DNA of 64,000 nt from Tubiluchus corallicola. Its lineage: Eukaryota; Animalia; Priapulida. The stretch spans positions 62,001 through 126,000 of the forward strand of contig JAQGDQ010000561.1 in the NCBI GenBank assembly GCA_030141605.1, given 5' to 3'. The notes under the pieces are model-generated. The model was given only the letters and a program-made list of their open reading frames with translations, was not told the origin of the DNA and ran no database searches. Made by a program: the position numbers and the translations under genes. This document shows, piece by piece, positions 36,331-48,006 of this stretch; position 1 is the stretch's first letter, and each line of letters begins with the position of its first letter.

Positions 36331-37655
36331 AGTATTTTGGAATTGATAAATACATGTACTTATGAAGTATCAACTGAATTCCATAAGTGCTATTAAAGCT
36401 TTTAAACTTGCACACTATAGTATACTTCCCAATAATGTTTCAATGTAAAAATGGCTTTTGTAAAAAAATTTTGACATACTGTGCACAGAATTTCCTAAAT
36501 TTGCACTTTATCGAGCTTTTATTTCATAAAATTTGAAATTTTTATTGCAAAATTGAAATCTCCAGTTAGTGAAAAAAACTTTTGTTTTGTGGAACAATAT
36601 AACCTAATCATCTTATACAAAGTCAAATTGTTGAGAAATGTGACAAGTATCAATATTTATGTTTGAGATTTCAAATTGTTTGTATCATTTACGTTACAAC
36701 GGTGTAAATTTAAAAATTATGATGTGGATGCAGCCAAGTTTGTTACAACATTAAACCTAAAGTCTTTCAATAACTATGAATCAACTATGAATCAATTATG
36801 AATCAATAGACATGTAAAATTCAACAAACTCACTGTGTGTTAATCAAGCTATTTGTGATTTATTACAATACAAATATTTGCTTGCATACCAAAACCGACC
36901 ATAAGCCGGCATTTGTTAAAGCATGTTATGATTCTTCACAGTAGAATGTCCCAAGAATTCGGTCAAATGTCAATTTTTTGTATTTCATAAAAACTGACAT
37001 CAAATACATTGGACTAGTATATATTATATTACGTTCTAGTATCAGATTATCAAGAAAGTGTTCAAAAAATACTAAAAATTTAATTTTATAACTCCTTACC
37101 CACTTTTTTGTCTAGAAACTGGTACAGCTATTGTAAAAACTCCTATTTTCAAACTCTGCTAGCAGCTTCTGGAAGCAGTCATTTTGCTTCGGGTTTTTTT
37201 CTGCTGACAAGCCCAAATCTTCGTCAGGAAGAGCCATCTAGTGGATTTAGACATAACTTTAATGTGTTCTTGCAAAGTCCATAGCAACCAACATTTGTGG
37301 GGTTGCTATGTGTTTAGAAGAAACGCGACAAAAAACAAAACCAGACTTTAACAGTGATTTTCTCAATACCATGTTGTTCAGTGTGCAGCCTGCACCTCAA
37401 CTTCAATGCGGATTATCTCTGGTTAGAAATAACATAGAGTGATGAGCTTGGTATCAAAATGATTCTCAATGAAATGGAGATTCAGGATATATGAATAACT
37501 AGGAAAGTTTAACTGCTAACTTATGTACGATTTTGCTATTCAAGCACTGAAATGCTGATAATTTAAGTACAAAATAAAAAACAATGATTGAAAACAATGT
37601 TTAAGCTCTAGCAAAGTAACTGTTCATGCAGAGAAGGCAGACTTAGTTCTGCTAG

Positions 37656-38258
37656 TCATCGTACAGCAGCAGCACTGTTTCTTTTCACAAAAAGCTGAAT
37701 GTCAAATAAGTTGCACTTATGAGATTTTACTGGAAGAAGATTTGGTTCGCTCATGGCAGTTTCAGTTTGTTCACATTGTACCCACGGAAAGGCACCATTT
37801 TCAAGCGACACTAATCCTGGCAGCGACGTGTGAATCTGAATTACGAAAGCACATCCGTCTGGGAGAGGAGAAAAATTTGAATCGATCGTCGTTAACTTTA
37901 ATAAGAATTCGCGAAAAGCTTGCTCCAGCTCCAGCAGAAACTTGTCGTCTTCAAAGCTGGCATCTACATGCAGTGCCAACTCAAACACGTACTTTTCCAC
38001 AACTACTTCCGCTTCATCAAGAATCGTCACGGCCAAACTGTCAATCTGTCTGTTCTTGAGAAGCTCTCTTGTATCTTCTAGGCAGCCTCTAATGTATTCG
38101 TTGAGTTCAGGATGCATAGACATTGGCACCGGCACGCCATACTTTTTCCGTTTATCAAACACACCCGCCGGATATATATCTCTCGTGTACAGAATGCAAT
38201 GTATAGCAACTTCGAGAAATTCACACAAAACATCAGATGGTACGGATTCGTTTTGCAT
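37656..38258 (-). CDS. MAD2L2: MAD2L2/REV7 HORMA-domain protein, CDS in one exon
   Basis: DVLCEFLEVAIHCILYTRDIYPAGVFDKRKKYGVPVPMSMHPELNEYI..EKYVFE..FPWV; an acceptor TTTTTTCAG lies 23 nt upstream of the ATG (exon starts 38281). Confidence 0.96.
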   Translation of the reverse strand: MQNESVPSDVLCEFLEVAIHCILYTRDIYPAGVFDKRKKYGVPVPMSMHPELNEYIRGCLEDTRELLKNRQIDSLAVTILDEAEVVVEKYVFELALHVDASFEDDKFLLELEQAFREFLLKLTTIDSNFSPLPDGCAFVIQIHTSLPGLVSLENGAFPWVQCEQTETAMSEPNLLPVKSHKCNLFDIQLFVKRNSAAAVR

Positions 38259-38693
38259 TGCTTTGAATATTAAGCATAAGCCTGAAAAAAGAAACCAGAA
38301 TCAGAAAGTACAGGAATTTTTATTCGCATGTAGAATTTTTCACATGTACGCAAATGGGTCTAATATTACTTACACAATTAAAACAACTGCAACTAGCGTC
38401 AGTTTTTGTCAAACAGCAGGTCACAATACTGAAATTTTGCAGATTGGATTCTGCAGCAGACAAATCAACAGTCTTCCTCCTGGTGCGTTGAGACATAGAG
38501 ACTTCTCTCGCAACTTGTTGCACAAATTCTCTCTGAGAGTAAAGTTGCAAAGTGGGAACGGTTTGGCAACTTGTTGTGCAACTTCTCTCTGAGAGTAAAG
38601 TCGCACGTGTGAACGGTTTGGCGAGAGAAGCCTCTACATCTGAATGCGTCATTAGACTAATATTAGCATGCTGTATGCATTCCTGGGAAATGA

Positions 38694-39200
38694 CGATCAA
38701 TTACCACAGTTAAGCAACATGGAGCCTGGTTAGTACTTGGATGGGTGACCGCCTAGGAATACCAGGTGCTGTAGGCTTGCGGGATGCCCACAATGTATCT
38801 CAACACTAGGCAGAGGAGCTGCACAAGCAGCCAACGGCTAGAGGGCGGAGGAGATCCAGTGACCAAACGGCCATGTGTAGAGGAGTAAACCTTCCAAATC
38901 AGGAGTGGAGCCCCGAAGGCGGACTAGCGCAGCAGGCTCACTGACTCCAGTGGCCAACCTGGTGCCAAACGTATCACTCCGCTTTCCTTTGGACTACACC
39001 AGGTAGGAAGAGAGTGGGTTCCTGTTGTCTGGGCAACTCAGGATCTCCATACACCTTGCCCAGGCGTGCACCCTGGAGACGTTCAAGGATCGCACCGCTC
39101 CGTCACAGTCGACGCTGCAGCACCATCGGTGTGATCAATAACTGACTGTCTTGGCGCACACTCCATTGTCTTCCGAGACAGAAGGATGCCAAAAACAACA
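38694..39200 (+). mobile_element. 5'-truncated 5S rRNA-derived SINE (SINE3-like)
   Basis: 38694-38778 matches the 3' two-thirds of 5S rRNA (AGTTAAGC box A, GGATGGGTGACC box C, ...GTAGGCTT) with no T-run terminator; a ~420-bp GC-rich body ends GATGCCAAAAACAACA. Confidence 0.75.
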
Positions 39201-40356
39201 TTTAAGGAAATCATTCAATGTTGTTTTGAAGGTAGAATTCTTGTCTATTCTATACAGAAATGTCAATCGCTGGTGGTTAATATTAAATAAGCCGTAGTTG
39301 AAACAATCAGCAGCACTTGCCTGCTGCCCACCAAGCAGCTGTGTCTGATCTTAGCAACAGCTGAAAGCGACACGCCAATAAAATTGATCATGCTATATAC
39401 GCTTACAAAACCAACTAAATTCTCTACGTAACCTTGCAAAAATTTTTTATTAAGTGTTTCCAAAGAAAAAGTAAATTAAAACCCAATCCCTAGTTTACGG
39501 TTTTTAGTAGCGATGCTTTCACGGGAATTCAAAAGCTGGGTAAGGTTACAGTTTAAACAACTCTTATTTGTAGGTATTGTGGTACTGCAGCACCCCCTAT
39601 TCTCACTCATTATTATTGATAATATTCAACGTAATAAGTCTTTTTTCTGTAGTTCTTTCTTTATACTTGTGCGGAACCGGCACATGTGAGGACAATTTCA
39701 TTACAATTTCATTCACAGCCCAAGCCACATGGTGTTCGGCTGTTGTGCGCATGCGGCCATGTGCACATGTATGAGTCAACACACTGTACACTAGCGTCTG
39801 CCGCTAGGTAGAAAGGTAGTGTCTCAAACACAGTAACAATTGCCACGAGCTTACGGTGTACCATAATATTCTTGAACGTGATAAAGAGTAAACTTAGCGT
39901 GTGTGCTTAAAACATAAATTATTTAATAAATATGCATATCTATATACATCAGTAGCTGACGCACTCTCAGCTTTTTTGTTTGCTTATTCTGATCTCACAA
40001 CAGTTTTTAAAAACAACAGACTGTCTCTCTGGATCCTTTCAACTTTGGTTAAACCAGTGTTTTTGTACAATTGTACAATGTCAAAAGGAAATTGACGCTT
40101 TTCAAAAACGACTCTAGTAAGTAGTATAGAAAATTACTAGGAATTAAAATTAATGGCCTGACAGAATATCCAATGATGATCTGTATGATGTGGTCAAGAA
40201 GAATCCTTGGGCGCTATTACACTTTCGCTTTTCCTGGCCTATTGGTTGTTTTCACGTCTGCAGGCCAGAAAGCAGACCAACAGGCGTAATATACGCCATA
40301 TTCCCATAATATTATGGGTTCTTAGGCTTTATAATTCCAGATTAAAATCATACATT

Positions 40357-40395
40357 ACTTACCGCCGCCATTACGCAAAAAGCTCCACGTGAATA
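40357..40395 (-). promoter_or_regulatory. Candidate first exon and TSS for the minus-strand genes
   Basis: Minus strand reads CACGTG-GAG-CTTTTT-GCGTA-ATGGCGGCG|GTAAGT: E-box, pyrimidine initiator, YY1-like motif and a perfect donor. Confidence 0.55.
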
Positions 40396-42546
40396 ACCGT
40401 GTTTACACGACTAATGCGCAATCGCTCTCGTGCAGTGACGATGTGGCCCTTAACATGTATTTTTAGTTTCTTCGCATAATTTATGATTATTAGGGTTGTA
40501 GCCACGGGACCCAAGCTGGCATATACGAGGAAATTATTTTAGACGACTACAGTTATTTATCATTGATTTTATTTATTATTGTAGTATTATAACTATTAGA
40601 TTATAAAAAAAGTAAAGGTTCTTTCTTTATTTCGGAAATGCGGTGAAGATGAAAGTGTGTCACGTGCTTTTAAGCTAGGCCCTGATAATGCATAAACTAG
40701 TACGAAATTCGTCACGTGACTACACACACAAACAAGATGGCGATACGACCTGTATAGGTGTAGAACTGTGAATACAGCGTAATTATACCTAAATATATTA
40801 TTAAATTACAATTAGATTAGCGGAAACATTCACTGATGACGTAAGAATAATGACGTACGAGCCTAGAAACGAGTAATAAACTAGAAAAAGCTAAGCGGTG
40901 CGAAAGTGTAATAGCGTCGAATCCTTGGAGTAAACAAATACAAGTAAGAAGATTTCATTGGATTAGGTATACACTAAGATTACCTCAAGAGTCTTCTCTG
41001 CCAATACCATTATGTGAAACTGCTGGAACGACACTATACGATTAACACATGTTTACAATCTAATATGCAGTATCTTCGACGCCAGGTTGTCGAAGCAGTT
41101 TGTGGTACAGTTTGCAATGTTCTTTCTTTCCGACGCTTCCGTTTTCAGTCTCGGACTATTACGTAAAATTTGAATGTCGACATGTTCAGTTGAGTACAGA
41201 GTAAGAGCATCACATAGTTTCCACAAAAACATTATTAGCCCAAAATTTCCTCTTTATACGTGATGAACACAGAAAAAAGTTCTGTACCAAAGGAAAAATG
41301 TTTAATTATTTTTATAACTAATGTTGACGTTATCTCTTGAACATTCTGCACATTTTGCTCTATCTTACTGTATAGTTTAAAAGAAATTTAACTAAATGTA
41401 AACAAAACAAATTAAGTCTAGCAATGTAGTTGTATTTCATGACACAGACAAAAATTTCAAAGTGATCCGAAGCGTAGTCTGTTAACTTTTCCGAGCTTCT
41501 GGACTTATTACTAGAAGAAGAAAGTTAGACCTTACATTGGAACACATTCCACGGTTATAATGCTCCTAGTTTTTCGTAAGATTTAGTGGAAAAAACGCAA
41601 CTTTTATCATTAACATTATTGTGTAACAAAATCTAGCATCAGAAAATTAATGCACCCAATGCATTTATCACTTAGCACGTTTGCTCCATTAGATTCAACG
41701 TATGATTAGATTCAACGTAATAATTGCCGGTAGGGTAGGGAAGTGCAAAACTAAGGTCTAATTGTATACAATAAATGGACATATTTACAAATACCATATT
41801 AAAATACTTTTACAAAACAATATTACAAAAGGACATTAAATTTTACATGACATATTTTACACTATATATACATTTGACATGACACAATTAACAGAAACAT
41901 GCTTTACATTACATAAATTTCACTCATTACATTTACACTATTTATACATTTGACATTAAAAAACTAACATAACACGTATTACATTAGATATTGTTTTTTA
42001 AATTTACATTCTTAATCGTTTATGGAGTCAGGGGTGGGGGTAAATGAAAGATGAGTCTGTGTAATTAGTATCAGATGCCTGATCTGGAAGTTGAAATCTG
42101 TTTGACTGATATTCTTTTAATTTCTTTTTAAAGTGTTGGAGAGATTCTATTTGTTTTATTTTACTGCGTAGAAAGTTCCTTAAATGTATGGCTTGTTAAG
42201 AATTATTATTATTAGGACATCATCAGAATAATTGTGTTAGTGTGCTTTGTTTATAAAAAGCGTCAAAAAGGTATTATTGCTAATTACTACTATGAAGCAT
42301 GCAGACATTGTTATATCTGCATGGAAATACTAATTCGTTATTGTCAAAGACTGAATAAACATCAAGTGATAACAATGCTTCTGTAGTGCACTTGCTGAGT
42401 TGCTTAGCTCGAGTAACATTGACTAAACAAAGTAAAATCATAAACGGCGGAAAACAGACTGGACGCATAATGCAACCACCACGGAAATTGCTATTGTTTC
42501 TGTAAGCAAGCGTGTTTAAATCTGCCATTATTAGGGAGACTCGATA

Positions 42547-42837
42547 GTGCTTTCAGACTAGCGGTTTTTCTCTCGCTAAAGCTAACTCGCCAAGTAACTC
42601 TCAAGAATGATTAGACTGGAGAGCAAAACTTGCTGCAAGTTACACTTCGACAGTAAGCTGACATTCTCTTCTCTCTAGAAGTATGGAGAGTAACTCGACA
42701 AGGCGTTCCTTTAAACACCATTTGTCGTGGAGTTTGTTATTTCCTGCCAGCAGTAACTCGCAAGGCTTTTCACATTTGCGAGATTACCGTCAAAGAAAAA
42801 ACTCAAGTCAGAAAAATCGCTAGTCTGAATGAGTCAT
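42547..42837. mobile_element. Family F MITE copy
   Basis: TTTCAGACTAGCG...CGCTAGTCTGAATG TIRs; internal similarity to 17714-18243 in reverse. Confidence 0.6.
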
Positions 42838-43568
42838 TTTATGCGTTCTACACAATGCCTAGGCAAAAGTTCTGTTCTACAGCAATTATGCTCACTTCTC
42901 ACATTGCCAAAGTCAATTTATGCTTTTTGTATGAAAACCAGCTGTTATACAAAACGCCTGAGCAATAGGAACGCATAGGTGTTACATGAAATGCCTAGGA
43001 TTTTCATAATATCTGACTTTTACACATTGCCTGTAACATATATGACGCCTGGGAAAAGTGTAGAAGAAACTATTTTAGACACTTTGCCTGGTTATTCTGG
43101 CGCTCTGCAAATCGGCTTGTCATTCTCTGTAATACCCAGTTTCACACTTTGCCTGTAACATGATAGACATCATCATATAGACATACGTTGTTGACAGTCA
43201 TTTTAGAGGTCGTATTTGCTCTCCTCATGGAAAACACTAGTCCTTTGTTCTTGCACATAGAAGTGGTCACGTGAGTAAATTGCATGTCTTTTGCTTTTAT
43301 AACATATTTGGCTGGGCCAGTCATAGATAAAGCAAATCTATATACATGCAGTGGCCAATTCGCTTGATATTTGGTGTTAAACAACATAAGAAGCTCCATT
43401 TTGATTATGAACGAGAAGATTTCAATGTGGCATGATTTGTGAGACTCATAGTTTGAGAAAGCAGGAAGGCAGGTTGCTGATTTGAACTTATCTTAAGAAA
43501 GCAAATGGCGTCCAACGCACCGCATTACTTTAACAGAGGTCAATGAGAAGTTGCAAATTTTTATCATA

Positions 43569-44465
43569 ATGGCTACTAATGGATCTAATTTCACCAGCAG
43601 TGACGATTACATAGTCAAATATTTCCTACATGACTTCAGTTTTGCCGTAATTGGGCTTTTGGCTATACTCTCGAATCCCTTGGTTTTGGGCGCCATCTAT
43701 CGTAACAAACAGCTACAAACTCGTACAAATGCTGTTATAGCCTCACTGGCCATTTGTGACTTTTTGCTTGGAGGTGTTGTAATTCCATTAGGTCTTGTGG
43801 CAAAGCATTTACAGTATATCCAACCATTACTATCCATTTTCATCACACTTGATAGTACCATGCAGGTTGGTGGAGTGCTGCATGTGTGCCTCATTGCCGT
43901 AGAAAGATACATCTCTGTGCGACACCCATTCAAGTATAATAATTATGTTACACCGAAAACCCTGACAGCATCACTGGCATTCGTTTGGACGTTTTCAATA
44001 ACTGAGTCACTGACAAGAATGGGCATTCGCCTTCATTACAGACGCACCAGTGTCATCGTGTCGGGATACCAGACAGCAAAGAGCATTCTTGTCTTTGGCC
44101 TGCCATGTGCATGTGTTCTGGTCGTGTATGGCAAGATCTGGATGATCGCATTAAGACAAACACGGAGGATAGACCCCATGAACCAACAGAATTCCAACAA
44201 AAAGAACGCACTTAAGATGATAAAAGAAATTAAAGCAACTCGGACACTTGGCATCATTGTTGTTGTGTTTATCGTTTGCTGGACACCATTTTTCGCATCT
44301 CCGGTTATTGCGTTGGCCTGTAGGAAGGGATGTTTGTCCGGAGAATGGTTTGGATTTGCAGTGTGGCTTAGTTATGCTAACAGCGCCATTAATCCAGCGA
44401 TCTACGCAGCCTCTAATTCTGCCTTCCGGAAATCTTTCAAACAAATACTTACTTGCTCTGATTGA
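43569..44465 (+). CDS. Intronless class A GPCR, aminergic/trace-amine-like, 298 aa
   Basis: Seven hydrophobic helices; SLAICD (TM2), ERY, CWTPFF, NSAINPAIY, FRKSF; Asp3.32, Trp7.40, Tyr7.43; N-glycosylation sites NGSNFT. Confidence 0.93.
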   Translation: MATNGSNFTSSDDYIVKYFLHDFSFAVIGLLAILSNPLVLGAIYRNKQLQTRTNAVIASLAICDFLLGGVVIPLGLVAKHLQYIQPLLSIFITLDSTMQVGGVLHVCLIAVERYISVRHPFKYNNYVTPKTLTASLAFVWTFSITESLTRMGIRLHYRRTSVIVSGYQTAKSILVFGLPCACVLVVYGKIWMIALRQTRRIDPMNQQNSNKKNALKMIKEIKATRTLGIIVVVFIVCWTPFFASPVIALACRKGCLSGEWFGFAVWLSYANSAINPAIYAASNSAFRKSFKQILTCSD

Positions 44466-45032
44466 TTGCATTATTAACCCAAAGTGTTTTTATCATTTCA
44501 TAACAATTTTCACCTGTATTTCACATAAAATCTAAATGCTATTTTTAGTTTAATCAAGATTGACCTGATTAAACTGATAACATTAATGCCCACCAGTGTC
44601 TAAAAATAATTTTATCTATATTCGGTAAAGGATAGCAGACTAGGTGACTTTATGGTCTTTTCGCTATCCTTTCTCTAGTTTCTAGATCTATCTATACATT
44701 TTAACCATCTTCAAAACTTATTAGAGATTCTTTTATTAATCATGTTTTATTTTAGCATTATACAGAGATAAATAAATTTTAAAATTGAATTGAATTGAAG
44801 AAATCTGATTGATATGGATCATTGTTTACTAGTAGCAATGCGATCATAAAGTTGAATCTACATTCTCATTCATTAATTTATGTTGGACGATCAGATTTAA
44901 CATTAATCTTTTGGTTAACTTTCGTTGCAACATTAACATACTACCAACTATTGGGACCCAGTAGGTAAATTTATCTTAAATTCCAAGTTGCCATATTCAT
45001 CGACGTCCGATTGGACTTCGGCTTTCCTGTCT

Positions 45033-45370
45033 TGTTGTGGAGATCCACTAGAATTAAATAGAATATTGTAGAATGTTCTATAGTATAGTAGAACAATCTT
45101 CTTACCTTGTAGAAGTTTCTAGAACATTCTATTTCTAGGTTGTTTCCTGGCACTGATATATAAGGCGGAGCTGGCCGCTGAAGTTTATTCTCTTGTATTC
45201 TCAGATTCTCAGATACGCTTTCACGTTTCCAGATTATCACATTTACTGTAAACATTTCACGTTCCTTCATACTTTTGTGTTGTAGAATTCTCGTATAATA
45301 AACTAGTTTAATTTGACGACGTGTTTTCTGGTTTTCTCTACGAGCCTTCCGAGAGAAACAAAACACAACA
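45033..45370 (+). mobile_element. Solo LTR (338 bp)
   Basis: TGTTGTG...CACAACA termini, perfect 5-bp TSD TGTCT, internal TATATAAG and AATAAA. Confidence 0.9.
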
Positions 45371-46858
45371 TGTCTTTAAAGCCATTTTATTAGCCACGAT
45401 TTTACATGAAGTCATTTACAAAAATATGTACTTATAGTAATTTGAATTTCTGTATTTTATCTTTCTCTCGTCAATAAAAAATTGTTACTGTCATTTTTAA
45501 TCATTCAAGTTAAGTGAGGTTTCATTTTGTGAGGTTGAGTTTGTACGTGTTATTTCTGGATCTGGCTGTAGTTGTAATAAGATGATATTTAACCTTATTG
45601 TAATAATTCCCTTTGTTCTTTTCACATTTATTTCTGTTGCCATATGAGGTAATGATTGTTGTCAATCAGTGTTTCTCTTTTGATTTTGGGAACACGTGTA
45701 TTTGTCCAATAACAGCAAATACAAATTGCCTATTTGAGTCAGAATTATTGGCATGGCTTTATTTTAAAGTATAGCATAGGTGCTTGGGCGACCCACTCTG
45801 CACAGCTTCTACCTTTATTCCAAAGTATGGCATGGTTACCAAAATAGTGTTACATGTCACCCTAAAAGTACCAGTAGTTCAAACCCAAGACTTCCAAATT
45901 ATTATTTTACAAATATTTCGGTTCTTATTGGTTAAATTTTCACACCTTTTTGCTTTCTACCAATCAGGTTTCATTTGGCTCTGTCTCTGACACGTACACT
46001 AGTTTGGGGAAGGTTTTGAAGGAAGCGTAAAAACCTGCTGTACTTAGGGAGCTACAGTGGTAATCGGGTCGTGCAGAGTTAGTGGCTCTTGTGCTTGTGT
46101 TTCTTCCATAAGACTTAGAGCTCTCCTACGACCTGCTATATGGCAAGTTAGGTACCAGTCTCTCCACTTTCTTTGTTTGTTCTGTTTTTCTTTAATTTGT
46201 TTAAGATCTTGTCACAGTTAATTCAGGTCTTCTAATATTTAAATCTCTTTCCAGTTAAATAGTCAGCATTATTTAATTCAGCTTTGTTTAATTGTGGTTC
46301 TGTGGAAATCATTATTAGGCTGCTCCGCCTCCGTACTTGCAGGCCCGAACCACGCCCTGGTGGCGAGGTGCCACCAGCAGTTCAATACTTTGCTTGTACC
46401 TACAGGCCCGAAACACCCCCTGGTGGCGAGTTGTCTCCACCAATTCAATATATTGATCTTTGTTGTATTTTTCTGCATAGATTAAAAATAATACAGTTCC
46501 TGTCTTGGTCTGATAGTTCATCTCAATTTTAGATTTGCTATTTTAATTCTTACAGATGCAGTTTTGAACTAATCCACTGCTTTAAGCCTACTACTAGCTC
46601 TTGTGTGTCACAAATTGCAATTATATGACCAAGTGGTAGCCAAAAATTAATAATGTACAGTAAGCACTATTACTTTTGCATCATGAGAAGCCATACACGA
46701 TGGATGAGCAGCCTTTGTGATATAGCCACTAAATAAAACCTGTTCGCATTACTTCACATCGTGTCTTTTGACTCTTGTCGAATTCTTGTTTTTTAGCTGA
46801 CTTAAAGTGAAATATTTCCACATAATATGGTAACAAGGACCAATGCTCTACATGCGAT

Positions 46859-47223
46859 AAGCCTCTTCACAGTTCCAACGATTGATGATGATCGTTAAAA
46901 GGTCAAAGGTTAAGAGTACCCGACAATCCATTTGTGTGCATTTGACTACGCCTCGCAGGCCATGCTATTGTAATAGTAACAGTTTTAGCAGCTAGCTAGA
47001 ACCTTACTTAGTTCATTTTTTTCTTGTTCCCATACAAGATTCTGCTAGTAAACTAGTAAATGACTCTGCACATTGACTAATGCATAATTAAGTAAAGTCC
47101 AAGTACTGAATTAGCTTTACCCACGTGTCACGTGACGATTGTAGTTAAGACAGGTGCTGTGATGCACTTAACCTTTGACTTACAACAACTGCGCGTGCGC
47201 ACAACAAAACTGAGAAAAGGCTT
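46859..47223 (+). mobile_element. MITE family G, copy 2
   Basis: Colinear with 31590-32037. Confidence 0.7.
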
Positions 47224-47609
47224 TTTTAGTGACAAATCAATATCTGTAACTGTTTCACTGTCAATGCAATAAATAATCAAGCACACGAATGTACAATAAT
47301 TGCAGATGTTTTAGGAACACTCATCGTCATCAGTTCCAGAAGACATTTTCGATATTTTGCCGTGCGATATTCTGTCCAAGAAATCTAGAATATTATTACC
47401 ACAAATTTTAGTTTTTGATGCAGAACAGAACACTTCTGTAGCTTTTATTGAGTGAAAGAGTTATTTCGTCTGTCAACAAAGCTGCTATTTTGCTTTGCCA
47501 AAGGAAGGGTACAAAAACAAGCATGTAAATGGTTAATGAAGAAAATGTATTCAAACTGGTGTGGTGTTTACTTTGAGTAAGCTAAGTACAAATTAGCAAA
47601 TATTACTGT

Positions 47610-48006
47610 GTAGGAGGAGTGAGCATCGAGCATCGAATTTTTTTAGTTCGAATTCGATTCGAACCTAAAATTATGAATTCGAATAATTAAGCACTTCAGC
47701 CACGTACGTTCTTTATCATTAAAATGTTTGAAACATCATGCAATTGGCACAATTTAGCTGCAGTTTCTGTGCAAAATTTTTCACAAACTAATAGTGGCTT
47801 TGCTGCAGAACAAAATCAAGTAATATGCACGATCTTTGTAAGATCAATTTTTGCTAATGGCTCGAAAACTTGGTTGAAAATCTTTCAAACTCAATTCGAA
47901 TTCGATTCAGATTCGAAATACTGAAATTCGATTCGATTCGAATTCGAAATTCACAAATGCGATTCGATTCGAATTCACTTTCTGTTAGAGAATGCTCACA
48001 TCTACT
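47610..48006. mobile_element. hAT-like element with subterminal TTCGA repeats
   Basis: GTGAGCAT...ATGCTCAC inverted ends and (ATTCG) arrays near both ends. Confidence 0.5.

Noticed and set aside
37742-38592. Plus-strand ORFs of 105 and 216 aa
   Set aside because: Antisense shadows of MAD2L2
38694-38778. Functional 5S rRNA gene
   Set aside because: First ~40 nt missing, several substitutions, no oligo-T terminator
40830-40875. Hammerhead ribozyme (CTGATGA...GAAA)
   Set aside because: GAAA does not directly follow stem II and I could not form stems I and III
47630-47980. Heat-shock element array
   Set aside because: TTCGAA/GAATTC spacing does not fit nGAAnnTTCn; better explained as transposon subterminal repeats
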